Below are positions 41,986 to 51,415 of a stretch of DNA of 64,000 nucleotides, piece by piece. Numbering within the stretch: position 1 is the stretch's first letter; each line of letters begins with the position of its first letter. Position numbers and translations under genes: made by a program. The notes below the pieces were generated by a model. It saw nothing but the letters and a program-made list of their open reading frames with translations, had not been told where the DNA came from and ran no database searches. Origin of the DNA: Alphaproteobacteria bacterium (GTDB lineage: Bacteria > Pseudomonadota > Alphaproteobacteria > SHVV01); contig OZ253470.1 of the NCBI GenBank assembly GCA_965261735.1, positions 992,001 through 1,056,000 of the forward strand, written 5' to 3'.

Positions 41986-43044
41986 ATGGCAGATAAGAAA
42001 ATGAAGTTCAGCGTCATGTTCGCGCAGGGACAACCGTTGGACAAGGCGGTGGAGCTGTGGAAAGCGTGCGAGGAGGAAGGCATGTCGATGGTCGGCGTCG
42101 CCGATTCGCCGGCACTCCTGCGCGAGCTTTACGTCTCGACGACGATGTGCGTCCTCAACACATCCAAGGTCCAGGTCATTACCTACGTCACCAATCCGAT
42201 CTCGCGCCACCCCTCCGTGACCGCGGCCGCGTTCATGACGCTCAACGAGCTCGCGCCGGGCCGCATCGGCATGGGCATCGGCACCGGCGACAGCGCCATG
42301 TGGGGCGTCGGGCTCAAGCCGGCGCGCCTGTCGCGGACGCGCGACTACATCCTCACCGTGAAGGGACTGCTCAGGGGCGAGGAGGTGACCTGGGAGGGCA
42401 GCAAGTTCAAGGCCGAATGGAGCGCCTGGAGCCCGCCCGTGGAGCTTCCCGTCTACGTCGCCTGCGCGGGTCCCAAGGTCCTGCGCATGGCCGCCGAGGT
42501 CGCCGAAGGTGGCCTCGTCACCATGGGCTTCTCGCCCGAGGACGTGGCCAACATCCGCGCCATCGTCGCCGAGGGCCGCGCCGCCGCGGGCCGCAGCGAC
42601 GACTTCGACATTTGGTGGAACGCCCACGTCACGTTTGCCGACAGCGTCGAGGCGGCGCGGGCAACGAGCCTCGGGTGGAGCCCGAGCTGGCTCACCATGG
42701 GCAGCCTCGAAGGCAAGGGAATCCCCGACGAGTACAAGGAGAAGCTGCTCCAGCTCAACGTCGACACCCACGATCTCGAAGCGGTGTATCGCTCGCCCAA
42801 CCGTGAAGTGACGATCGTCGAGCGGGCCAAGAAGCTCGGCATCTACGATTGGCTGATGTCGCGCTCGCCCGGCCTTATGGGCACGCCGGCCGACGTCACC
42901 GTGCGGCTCAAGGAGCTGCGCGATCGGGACATGCTGAACTGGATCTTCTTCGCCACCGGGCGCGGCCCGCGGGCATCGGCCAGCAACGCCGAACGGCTCG
43001 AGCTCGTGCGGACCCTGTCGCGCCAGATCATGCCGAACCTGTAG
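41986..43044 (+). CDS. LLM-class (Mer-like) flavin/F420 oxidoreductase
   Basis: ADSP, VTNPISRHP, GIGTGDSA, ACAGPK. Confidence 0.85.
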   Translation: MADKKMKFSVMFAQGQPLDKAVELWKACEEEGMSMVGVADSPALLRELYVSTTMCVLNTSKVQVITYVTNPISRHPSVTAAAFMTLNELAPGRIGMGIGTGDSAMWGVGLKPARLSRTRDYILTVKGLLRGEEVTWEGSKFKAEWSAWSPPVELPVYVACAGPKVLRMAAEVAEGGLVTMGFSPEDVANIRAIVAEGRAAAGRSDDFDIWWNAHVTFADSVEAARATSLGWSPSWLTMGSLEGKGIPDEYKEKLLQLNVDTHDLEAVYRSPNREVTIVERAKKLGIYDWLMSRSPGLMGTPADVTVRLKELRDRDMLNWIFFATGRGPRASASNAERLELVRTLSRQIMPNL

Positions 43045-43056
43045 CGGCGTGCGCTT

Positions 43057-44064
43057 CTACCTGCGGCCGGCGTCGACGGCACGCCAGTCCAGAGTCGTCG
43101 GCACGAACAGGTCCTCGACGGCGAGGCGCTTGGGCGAGATTCCCTGCTCGTGCGACCAGCGCGTCTGCGCCTCCAACGTCGGGCGATTCTTCTCGACACC
43201 GTAGGGCCAGTAGTCCTCGCCCATCAGCTTGATCGTGTCCTCGGCTTCCGCGACCAGCCACGGCAGCGTGACGGTCAACGCATCGAGTTCGCGCAGGCGC
43301 GGCAGGCACAGGGCCTTGGCAGTCTCGAACGCCTGCATGAGATTGAGCGCGAGCCACGGATGGCGCGCGAGCAGGTCGTCCTTGACGCCGAGCACGTGCA
43401 TGATCGGGAATACGCCGGTCTTCTGGAAGTAGGCGCGCTCGGCGCTGCGGAAGTCGGGAAACAGGCGCACGATAGGGGCGTTCCCATCGGTGAAGGCCTG
43501 TGGGTCGCGCGCGGCGACGATGGCGTCGATGCGGCCCGCGAGCAACAGCTCGGTGAGCGTCTCACCGGCGCCGATCGGCTCTATGTCGAGCCCCTCGGGC
43601 GGCGTGAAGCCCATATAGGCGTGGTCGAAGGGCTGATCGACCCCGCCCAGACGCCAGTGCATGTCGAGCGGGGCGACGCCGTGCTCGTCGCTCAGCATCC
43701 CCTTGACGCACAGCCCGCGGGTGAAGTGGTAATTGGGGAGCCCGATGGTTCGGCCCTTGAGGTCCTCCGGCCGCTTGATCGGGCCCTCGGCGTGGATCCA
43801 GATCGAGGAGTGCGCGAACACGCGCGACAGGATGACGGGCACGGCGCGGTAGGGGAAGTCGCCGCGCGAGCGCGCCAGCATGTAGGTGCTGAGCGACATC
43901 TCGGAGACGTCCCACTCGGCGTAGCGCATCATGCGTGCGAACGAGGACGACGGTGGCAGGTGGAAATAGGTGACCTCGCAGCCCTCGACCCCGACCTCGC
44001 CGCTGGCGAGGGCGCGGACGCGGTCGTAGTCGTCGGTGACGACCGATATCGGCACGAGCGGCAT
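43057..44064 (-). CDS. 4,5-dihydroxyphthalate decarboxylase-like protein
   Basis: DYDRVRAL, DVSEMSLS, TGVFPIMH, DYWPYG. Confidence 0.8.
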   Translation of the reverse strand: MPLVPISVVTDDYDRVRALASGEVGVEGCEVTYFHLPPSSSFARMMRYAEWDVSEMSLSTYMLARSRGDFPYRAVPVILSRVFAHSSIWIHAEGPIKRPEDLKGRTIGLPNYHFTRGLCVKGMLSDEHGVAPLDMHWRLGGVDQPFDHAYMGFTPPEGLDIEPIGAGETLTELLLAGRIDAIVAARDPQAFTDGNAPIVRLFPDFRSAERAYFQKTGVFPIMHVLGVKDDLLARHPWLALNLMQAFETAKALCLPRLRELDALTVTLPWLVAEAEDTIKLMGEDYWPYGVEKNRPTLEAQTRWSHEQGISPKRLAVEDLFVPTTLDWRAVDAGRR

Positions 44065-44233
44065 GGCTCTCTCCGCGCTGGTTTCCCGCAGCTGCTCGAT
44101 TTACCCTCTTTCTCGGTCCGATACAAAGCCTCCCGCCGCGTCCGCCGAGGCCCGGGCTCGGCGGACGAGCTTGTTGACTCGCGAGGGCGCGAGTACGAAA
44201 GTTGCTGGAGCAAAACAGAAAACGAGGAGGACG

Positions 44234-45304
44234 ATGATGGGGTTCCATGGCAGACGGGGCTGGACGAGACTTGGCGGCCTCGCCGCGGTCGTGGCCGCGG
44301 TTGGATTGGTTGGCATGGTGGCCGCCCAGGCCGCGCCCTACGATGACGCCCTTCAGGCACGCTACGAACTCGCCAAGGCGGAGGGCGAGGTCATCATGTA
44401 CGGCGATCAGTCCGTCGAGCTCATCCAGGCGCTGGGCAACGCCTTCAAGAAGAAGTTTCCGGGCATCGATTTCGACTTCTTCCGCGGCGATACGACCCAG
44501 ATTCTGCAGCGCTTCGAGAGCGAGACCGCGGCCAAACGCCACAACATGGACATGCTGATGACCACCGCCACCCGCTCGTCACGGCTGGCGGCCGCCGGCT
44601 TCCTCGCGCCCTACGTCTCACCGGTGGCGCTGGCGTATCCGCCGGAACTGCAGCCGATGACGGGGTTCTGGCACAACTACGGCCTCAACTCCACGAGCTT
44701 CGCCTACAACACCGATCTCGTGAAGGGTATGGACGTACCCGAGACGCTGCAGGACCTGCTCGATCCCAAGTGGAAGGGCAAGATCGGCATGCAGGATCCC
44801 AAGTCCGGCGGTGGCGGCGCGCACACCTGGATCATGAACATGCACCGCTATTGGGGCGAGGAGAAATGGGCCGTCTACATGGAGAAGATGGGCAAGCAGA
44901 TCGGCAAGTACGGCCGCTACTTCCCCATCCGCGAGGCGCTGGCCTCGGGCGAGATCTCCATTCAGCTGGCGGCGTACCCCGAGTTTACCGAGCCCATCAA
45001 GCAAAAGGGCGCGCCGGTGGAGTGGGCCACGCCCGAGGTCATCACGTTCCTCGGCTTGTCGGTGCAGGTCTCCAGCAACGCACCCCATCCCAACGCTGCG
45101 AAGCTGTTGGTCGACTTCATCCTGACCGAGGAGGCCCAGAAGTTGACCGCCGAGGGTGGGAAGAACCCGGTGTGGGCGGCTAGCCGGCCGGCCGCGTACG
45201 GGCGCCTCAGCAAGGCGAATCTGATCGCCACGGAGATCAACTACGAAAAGCGCGACAAGGCTTGGTTCGACCGCGAAATCCGCAAGTACTTCGCGGTTCA
45301 ATAG
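44234..45304 (+). CDS. ABC substrate-binding protein 1 (Fe3+/polyamine/thiamine class)
   Basis: Signal peptide, AYNTDLV, DLLDPKWKGKI, APHPNAAKL. Confidence 0.88.
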   Translation: MMGFHGRRGWTRLGGLAAVVAAVGLVGMVAAQAAPYDDALQARYELAKAEGEVIMYGDQSVELIQALGNAFKKKFPGIDFDFFRGDTTQILQRFESETAAKRHNMDMLMTTATRSSRLAAAGFLAPYVSPVALAYPPELQPMTGFWHNYGLNSTSFAYNTDLVKGMDVPETLQDLLDPKWKGKIGMQDPKSGGGGAHTWIMNMHRYWGEEKWAVYMEKMGKQIGKYGRYFPIREALASGEISIQLAAYPEFTEPIKQKGAPVEWATPEVITFLGLSVQVSSNAPHPNAAKLLVDFILTEEAQKLTAEGGKNPVWAASRPAAYGRLSKANLIATEINYEKRDKAWFDREIRKYFAVQ

Positions 45305-45305
45305 A

Positions 45306-45338
45306 CGTTATCCCGGCGCTGCGGCGTCCGGGATAACG
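45306..45338 (+). terminator. Stem-loop after SBP1
   Basis: CGTTATCCCGG...CCGGGATAACG 11-bp stem; no U-tract, so possibly a stabilizer. Confidence 0.55.
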
Positions 45339-45465
45339 AAGTCGGTGATAGGGGCACCATAGGGGGCGGAGGAAACCCAGCCGAAGCCCAGGGTGCCCCT
45401 TTCCCCGACCGAGCGAACGGCGGTGGCGTCGCCCGGTCGGGTGCTGCGACGGCCCAGGCGACTTA

Positions 45466-45494
45466 TTGACTCACGATCCTTTAAGCTTCAATAT
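45466..45494 (+). promoter_or_regulatory. Sigma70-like promoter
   Basis: TTGACT-N17-CAATAT in an AT-rich patch. Confidence 0.45.
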
Positions 45495-45692
45495 TCTTTT
45501 CAGGGTAGTGGCGAACCGCAGCGGTGAGCGCGCCGCACGTGCTTTTTCTGGCATCTGCTTGGGCGCTTCTCGACAAGGCGGTTCGGCCAGCATTCCCGAT
45601 TTGTGGCCCCGCGGCGGGCCTTGACTCACGCCAGGCGCGGTTTCACTGTGCCGGCTCGACAGGGGTTAGGTATTCCCACAGGGAGGACGACG

Positions 45693-46757
45693 ATGGAACG
45701 ACTTACGAGATTTGCACTTGCGGGGGCCTTTGCGGTCGGATCGGCGTGGGCCTTGGCGCTGACAGGCGTCGCCGCAGCGCCATACGACGACGCGCTCAAC
45801 GCTCGTCACGAACTGGCGAAGAAAGAGGGCAAGGTCGTCATGTACGGCGATCAGTCCGTCGAGCTGATCCAAGAGCTCGGCGACGCCTTCAAAAAGCGCT
45901 TTCCCGGCATCGACTTCGACTTCTTCCGTGGTGACACGACCCAGATCATGCAGCGCTACGAGAGCGAGACCGCGGCCAAGCGCCACAACATGGACATGTT
46001 GATGACGACCGCCAACCGCTCCCAGACTCTGGCGGGCAAGGGCTGGCTCATGCCGTACGTCTCGCCGGTCTCGTTGAGCTACGACCGGTCGCTGCAGCCG
46101 CAAAACGGCATGTGGCACAACTACGGCCTCAACACCACGAGCTTCGCCTACAACACCGATCTCGTGAAGCCGGAAGACGCTCCGAAGAGCTGGCACGACC
46201 TGCTCGACCCCAAGTGGAAGGGCAAGATCGGCATGCAGGATCCGAAGTCCGGCGGCGGCGGCGCCCACACCTGGATCATGAAGATGCACCGGGAACTGGG
46301 CGAGGCCGAGTGGCGCAAGTACATGGATACGATGGGCAAGCAGATCGGCAAATACGGCCGCTACTTCCCGATCCGCGAGGCCCTGGCCTCGGGCGAGATC
46401 GCCATTCACCTGGCGGCGTATCCCGACTTCACCGAGCCGCTCAAGATCAAGGGCGCCCCGATCGAGTGGGCCGTGCCCGAGTTCGTGTACTACCTGGGAT
46501 TGACGCTGCAGATCAACGCTTCGGCCCCGAATCCCAATGCGGCCAAGCTACTGCTCGATTTCTTGCTGACCCCAACGGCCCAGCAGATCATCGCCAATGC
46601 CGGCAAGATACCGGCCGATCCGGACAAGCGCCCCGGTGGGTACGCGCGCCTCAACAAAACCAAGCTGATCGAGACCGACTACTCGATCATCTACGACATG
46701 CATGACAAGGCATGGTTCGACGTGGAGATTCGCAAGTATTTCGCCGCGAATCGGTAA
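45693..46757 (+). CDS. ABC substrate-binding protein 2, close paralogue of SBP1
   Basis: Long peptide blocks identical to SBP1 (MYGDQSVELIQ, GMQDPKSGGGGAHTW, YGRYFPIREALASGE). Confidence 0.88.
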   Translation: MERLTRFALAGAFAVGSAWALALTGVAAAPYDDALNARHELAKKEGKVVMYGDQSVELIQELGDAFKKRFPGIDFDFFRGDTTQIMQRYESETAAKRHNMDMLMTTANRSQTLAGKGWLMPYVSPVSLSYDRSLQPQNGMWHNYGLNTTSFAYNTDLVKPEDAPKSWHDLLDPKWKGKIGMQDPKSGGGGAHTWIMKMHRELGEAEWRKYMDTMGKQIGKYGRYFPIREALASGEIAIHLAAYPDFTEPLKIKGAPIEWAVPEFVYYLGLTLQINASAPNPNAAKLLLDFLLTPTAQQIIANAGKIPADPDKRPGGYARLNKTKLIETDYSIIYDMHDKAWFDVEIRKYFAANR

Positions 46758-46776
46758 TCCACGGAACGTCTGAAAT

Positions 46777-46807
46777 CGGGGGCCGTGCCTTCGGGCGCGG
46801 CCCCCCG
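46777..46807 (+). terminator. GC-rich hairpin with UUCG loop after SBP2
   Basis: GGGGGCCGTGCC-TTCG-GGCGCGGCCCCC followed by a weak T tract. Confidence 0.6.
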
Positions 46808-46972
46808 TTCGTTCGGGTGAGGTGCCGTGCTACCAGAAGAGTCGCGAGCCGGCAGCCAGCGCGCCGGGCGGGCTTTTCGATTGCCCGGCGCCCAGGGCCG
46901 TGGTTCAGTAGCGCCAAAATACGGGGTGAGACTGCGGCCGAACGCCGTTGCGGCAACAGCGGGGAAGAGAGC

Positions 46973-48049
46973 GTGCCTGATGTGAAGATTTCCGGTCTAA
47001 CCAAGCGCTTTGGCGAGACCACGGCTGTCCTAGAGATGAATCTGCATGTCGAGGAAGGAAGCCTGACGACGTTCCTCGGGCCCTCCGGATGCGGCAAGAC
47101 GACCACGCTACGCATGATCGCCGGTCTCGAAACCCCGACCAGCGGCTCGATCACCATCGGCGGCGAAGTCGTGTGCGGCGACGGCACCTTTATCCAGCCC
47201 GAGCGGCGCCAGATCGGCATGGTGTTTCAGTCCTACGCCATCTGGCCGCACATGAACGTGTTCAACAACGTGGCCTACCCCCTTCAAGTGCGCCGTCTGC
47301 CAAAGAAGGATGTGCGCGAGCGGACGATGGAGGCGCTCAACACCGTCCAGCTCACGGAGCTGGCGGAGCGCTATCCGTCGCAGCTTTCGGGCGGCCAGCA
47401 GCAGCGCGTGGCGGTCGCACGCGCCATCGTCTTCGCGCCGCGCATCCTGCTCTTCGACGAGCCGCTGTCGAACCTCGACGCCAAGCTGCGCGAGCAGATG
47501 AGGATCGAGCTGCGCGAGCTCCAGCAGCGGCTCGGCGTGACCACCCTGTACGTGACCCACGACCAGCAGGAAGCGCTAGCGATCAGCGATCAGGTCGCGG
47601 TCATGGAGCTCGGCAGCATCATTCAGCTCGGCAAGCCTCAGGACATCTACGAGGAGCCGGCGAACCGATTCGTGGCCGATTTCGTCGGCTGGACGAATTT
47701 CCTGCTCGGCACGGTTGCCGGCGAGGGCTCCTCAACCAACGGGGGCGGTGTGGATGTTGGGGGATCGAAGATTTCGTGCACGGTGCCCGAGGGCGCCGCG
47801 GCGGGGGCGCCGGTTGAAATCACGATTCGCCCCGTCGACGTGCGCATCGCCAGCGGCGGCGTGTCGGGCGACAACGTCCTCAATGGCAAGGTCCGCGGCA
47901 CCATCTATATGGGCAAGTACATGATCTGCGACGTCTTCGTTGGCGACCACGTCATGCAAGGCTATGGCGATCTCGGCGCCAACCTGGCGATCGGGCAGAA
48001 TGTGGACGTCACCTTCGCTCCCGAAGCAGTCCGCGTGCTGAGCGTCTGA
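46973..48049 (+). CDS. ABC ATP-binding protein (PotA/FbpC type, TOBE domain)
   Basis: GPSGCGKTT, LSGGQQQR, LLFDEPLSNLD. Confidence 0.92.
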   Translation: MPDVKISGLTKRFGETTAVLEMNLHVEEGSLTTFLGPSGCGKTTTLRMIAGLETPTSGSITIGGEVVCGDGTFIQPERRQIGMVFQSYAIWPHMNVFNNVAYPLQVRRLPKKDVRERTMEALNTVQLTELAERYPSQLSGGQQQRVAVARAIVFAPRILLFDEPLSNLDAKLREQMRIELRELQQRLGVTTLYVTHDQQEALAISDQVAVMELGSIIQLGKPQDIYEEPANRFVADFVGWTNFLLGTVAGEGSSTNGGGVDVGGSKISCTVPEGAAAGAPVEITIRPVDVRIASGGVSGDNVLNGKVRGTIYMGKYMICDVFVGDHVMQGYGDLGANLAIGQNVDVTFAPEAVRVLSV

Positions 48050-48050
48050 C

Positions 48051-49811
48051 GTGGCCGCACCGTCATACGCCGTCGATGCCCCGCGGGCGACTTCGCTTTT
48101 CCGCCGCTACAACATCAGTGCCGGCAATATCGTGCTCGTCGGCATGGTGGTGCTGGTCACCTTCCTCGCCCTCTATCCGATCTACTGGCTTCTCCGCGGC
48201 AGCTTCTACTCGGCGGCGCCGCTCCAGGAAGGCCACTTCACTCTCAGCAACTACACCAAGTCGTTCACGGATCCGTTTGTCTACTCGACGCTGTGGAACA
48301 CGCTGATCTTCTCGTTCGGGCAGATGGTGCTGTCGATCGTTATCGGCGCCGGCCTCGGATGGATCATCGTCCGCACCAACACGCCGGGCCGGCGCGTCTT
48401 CGAGTTGCTCTCGCTCATCGTTTTCCTCATACCCGGGATTTTGGCGGTTCTCGCCTTCACCATGCTGTTGAGCCCGTCCAAGGGCCTCATCAATCAGCTG
48501 CTGCAGTGGATCTTCGGTTTCGAAACGGGGCCGTTCAACATCTACTCGATGGGCGGGATGATCTTCATTCAGGGCGTGTACCTGGCGCCCTTCACCTACC
48601 TCATGATCGCGCCCGCGTTCGCCTCGATCGATTCCGGCTTCGAGGAGTCGGCACGGATGTCGGGATCGGGCATCCTTCAGACCTTCCGCAAAATCACCTT
48701 GCCGCTGACCTTTCCGGCGATCGCGTCGACCGCGCTATTCATGTTCATCGTCGGCCTCGAATCGTTCGACATCCCGCAGATGCTAGGCGTGCAGGAAGGC
48801 ATCTACACCTATGTCACGCTGATCTACACGAACGTCGGCATTCAGTATCCGCCCGACTACGGTGCGGCGACGTCGCTGTCGACGAGCCTGCTCGCCGTCG
48901 CCCTCGTCCTCGTCTACTTCTACCGCCGGTCCGTGCGCCAGGCCTCGCGCTATGAGACGATCAAGGGCAAGGGATACCGTGTCGGCGCCGCCGACATAGG
49001 CCGATGGAAGTGGGTCACCTTCGGAATCTGCGTGGCCTATTTCACGCTCACCGTGGCCTTGCCTTTGATCATCATCATCATCGGTTCGTTCCTCAACTAC
49101 TTCGGCAAGTTCACGCTCGAGGTCTTCAGCCGCATGACCTGGGACAACTACCCCCGTGTGCTCAGGCACCCGGCGCTGGTCGACGGCTTCATCAACAGCG
49201 TTGGGCTGGCGGTCATCGCCGGAGCGGTGTGCGTCTTCATGGCGGCGGTCATCGGCTACGTAACGATGCGCACGCGCGTTCCTGGCCGCGGCCTGCTCGA
49301 CGGCATTGCCATGCTGCCGGTGGCCTTCCCGGCCACGGTCTTGGGCGTTGCGCTGCTATGGGCCTATGTGATCTTGCCACCCTGGGTGCCGATCTACGGC
49401 ACCATCTTCATCCTCGCCGTCGCCTACATCACGCGCTACGTGCCCATCGGCCTGCGCGTCATTTCGGGCGGCATCATTCAGATCAGCGCCGAACTCGAGG
49501 ACTCCTCGAAAATGTCCGGCGCGGGGTGGATTTACGGCTTCCGCCGCATCATCCTGCCATTGATGCGGCCCGCGCTCGCCGCGGCCTGGCTTATCATGTT
49601 CATGCTGTTCCTGCGCGAGCTGTCGATGTCGATCATTCTCGCCGGCACCGGTAACCCGGTCGCCACTGTGATCATGTTCGACTACTACCAGTCGGGCGAG
49701 CTGCCGCCGATGGCGGCCGCGTCGGTACTGATGATCGCCATCATGATCTTCATGGTGTGGTTCGCGCGTAGGGTGATGAAGATCAGCTACACCGATGTTC
49801 GGGTGGGCTGA
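48051..49811 (+). CDS. ABC permease 1 (fused double TMD, FbpB type)
   Basis: Two EAA loops (FEESARMSG, LEDSSKMSG). Confidence 0.9.
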   Translation: MAAPSYAVDAPRATSLFRRYNISAGNIVLVGMVVLVTFLALYPIYWLLRGSFYSAAPLQEGHFTLSNYTKSFTDPFVYSTLWNTLIFSFGQMVLSIVIGAGLGWIIVRTNTPGRRVFELLSLIVFLIPGILAVLAFTMLLSPSKGLINQLLQWIFGFETGPFNIYSMGGMIFIQGVYLAPFTYLMIAPAFASIDSGFEESARMSGSGILQTFRKITLPLTFPAIASTALFMFIVGLESFDIPQMLGVQEGIYTYVTLIYTNVGIQYPPDYGAATSLSTSLLAVALVLVYFYRRSVRQASRYETIKGKGYRVGAADIGRWKWVTFGICVAYFTLTVALPLIIIIIGSFLNYFGKFTLEVFSRMTWDNYPRVLRHPALVDGFINSVGLAVIAGAVCVFMAAVIGYVTMRTRVPGRGLLDGIAMLPVAFPATVLGVALLWAYVILPPWVPIYGTIFILAVAYITRYVPIGLRVISGGIIQISAELEDSSKMSGAGWIYGFRRIILPLMRPALAAAWLIMFMLFLRELSMSIILAGTGNPVATVIMFDYYQSGELPPMAAASVLMIAIMIFMVWFARRVMKISYTDVRVG

Positions 49812-49830
49812 GGCCAGGCGGGGCCCGATC

Positions 49831-51270
49831 TCAGGAGATTGCCAGCGGCGGCGGCGCGAACGGGCGCATTAATTCGCAGGCGCGCGCGGCCCGCAATACG
49901 AGGGCCTCGGCGTAGGGCGGCCCGACGATCTGCATGCCCACCGGTAAGCCCTCGCCCGTGCATCCGACGGCGACGCAGGCGGCGGGCTGGCCGGTCAGGT
50001 TGAACGGGTAGCTGAAGACCTTCCAATCCTGTCCGTTCGTCATACCGCGGCTTTTCGGGTAGTCGCACCCGGCCTCGAACGCCGGCACCGATACCTGCGG
50101 CGTCACCAGAAGATCGTAACGCTCATGAAAGCGGCCCATGCACCGGCCGAGCTCGGCGCGCACGGCGTCCGCCTCGAGGATGTCACTGACGCTCTTCGTG
50201 GCCCCGCGATCGAGGAAGTCCCGAAGCCCGGGGTCTAGGAGCTCCCTCTTTTCGGCGCTCAGCCCCCTCATGAGGTACGCGTAGCGAGCCGAGAAGAAGG
50301 TCGTTTGGGCCGCGAACGGGCTATCGAAGCCGGGGTTGGCCTCCTCGACGTGAGCGCCGAGCTGGCTCAGCTTATCGGCGGCGCCCGCGACCACGCTTGC
50401 GACCTCGGGATCGACCTCGGCGTAGCCGAAGTCGCGGCTGAACCCGACGCGCAATCCATGGACACCGGCTTCGAGGCCGACGCGATAGTCGCGCGCCTCG
50501 AAGGGCAGCGCCCACCAGTCGCGCGAGTCGGGCTCGGCGATGACGTTGAGCGCAAGGGCGAGGTCGGCGACCGAGCGGGTCAGCGGACCGACGGCGCCGA
50601 TGGAGCCCGGCGTGTTGTTCGGATAAAAGGGGACGCGGCCGGTTGTCGGCTTGAGGCCATAGACGCCGCTGAACGAGGCCGGGTTGCGCACCGACCCGCC
50701 GCCATCGCCGCCGAGGTGGAGCGCCCCCATGCCGGCCGCGGCCGCCGCGGCGGCGCCGCCGCTCGAGCCGCCCGGCGTTTGTTCGGTGTTCCACGGGTTG
50801 CGCGTAATGCCGTAGATCGGCGAGTGGGTCACGCCCTTCCAGCTGAACTCGGGCGCCGTCGTCTTGCCGACCAGGACGGCGCCGTGCGCCCGCAGGCGCG
50901 CTACCGCCGGCGAGTCCTCCACCCACGGCCCATCGGGCGAGATCGTCTTGGAGCCGCGCCGGGTTGGCCAGCCCTTCGTCAGGAACGCATCCTTGATCGT
51001 TGTCGGCACGCCGTCGACGAGGCCGAGCGGCGCGCCGGTGTGCCAGCGCTCCTCGGACAGGCGGGCCGACTCGAGCGCCGACTCGGCGTCGATCACGCAA
51101 AAGGCGTTGAGCGCGGGGTTGAGCCGCTCGATCCGATCGAGCACGGCCTGTGTCACCTCGACGGGGGATAGCTGTTGCGCGCGATAGCGGGCAACTAACT
51201 CCGTCGCGCTCAAGAGGGCGACATCGTGTCCCAAGTCTGCTCCGATAATGGTTTGCCGTTGCCTACGCAT
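49831..51270 (-). CDS. Amidase-signature enzyme (intact; true start may be about 51234)
   Basis: GVPTTIKD, PGGSSGG, GGDGGGSVRNPAS. Confidence 0.9.
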   Translation of the reverse strand: MRRQRQTIIGADLGHDVALLSATELVARYRAQQLSPVEVTQAVLDRIERLNPALNAFCVIDAESALESARLSEERWHTGAPLGLVDGVPTTIKDAFLTKGWPTRRGSKTISPDGPWVEDSPAVARLRAHGAVLVGKTTAPEFSWKGVTHSPIYGITRNPWNTEQTPGGSSGGAAAAAAAGMGALHLGGDGGGSVRNPASFSGVYGLKPTTGRVPFYPNNTPGSIGAVGPLTRSVADLALALNVIAEPDSRDWWALPFEARDYRVGLEAGVHGLRVGFSRDFGYAEVDPEVASVVAGAADKLSQLGAHVEEANPGFDSPFAAQTTFFSARYAYLMRGLSAEKRELLDPGLRDFLDRGATKSVSDILEADAVRAELGRCMGRFHERYDLLVTPQVSVPAFEAGCDYPKSRGMTNGQDWKVFSYPFNLTGQPAACVAVGCTGEGLPVGMQIVGPPYAEALVLRAARACELMRPFAPPPLAIS

Positions 51271-51415
51271 CGCCGATAAGAGCCGGCATGATGCGTCGGT
51301 TCAAGCAAAAGCAGCGCCTCGGCGCTCGTCTATACAGGCTCCGAGGGCTCCTCTACACTGGCTCCAGCGAAAGGCCAGCGCGGCAGCGGCGCGGCCATGA
51401 AACGGGGAAGACTCC

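Noticed and set aside
45341-45460. Group II intron domain V/VI or a known riboswitch
   Set aside because: No AGC-triad domain V or recognisable aptamer; kept only as an unexplained structure
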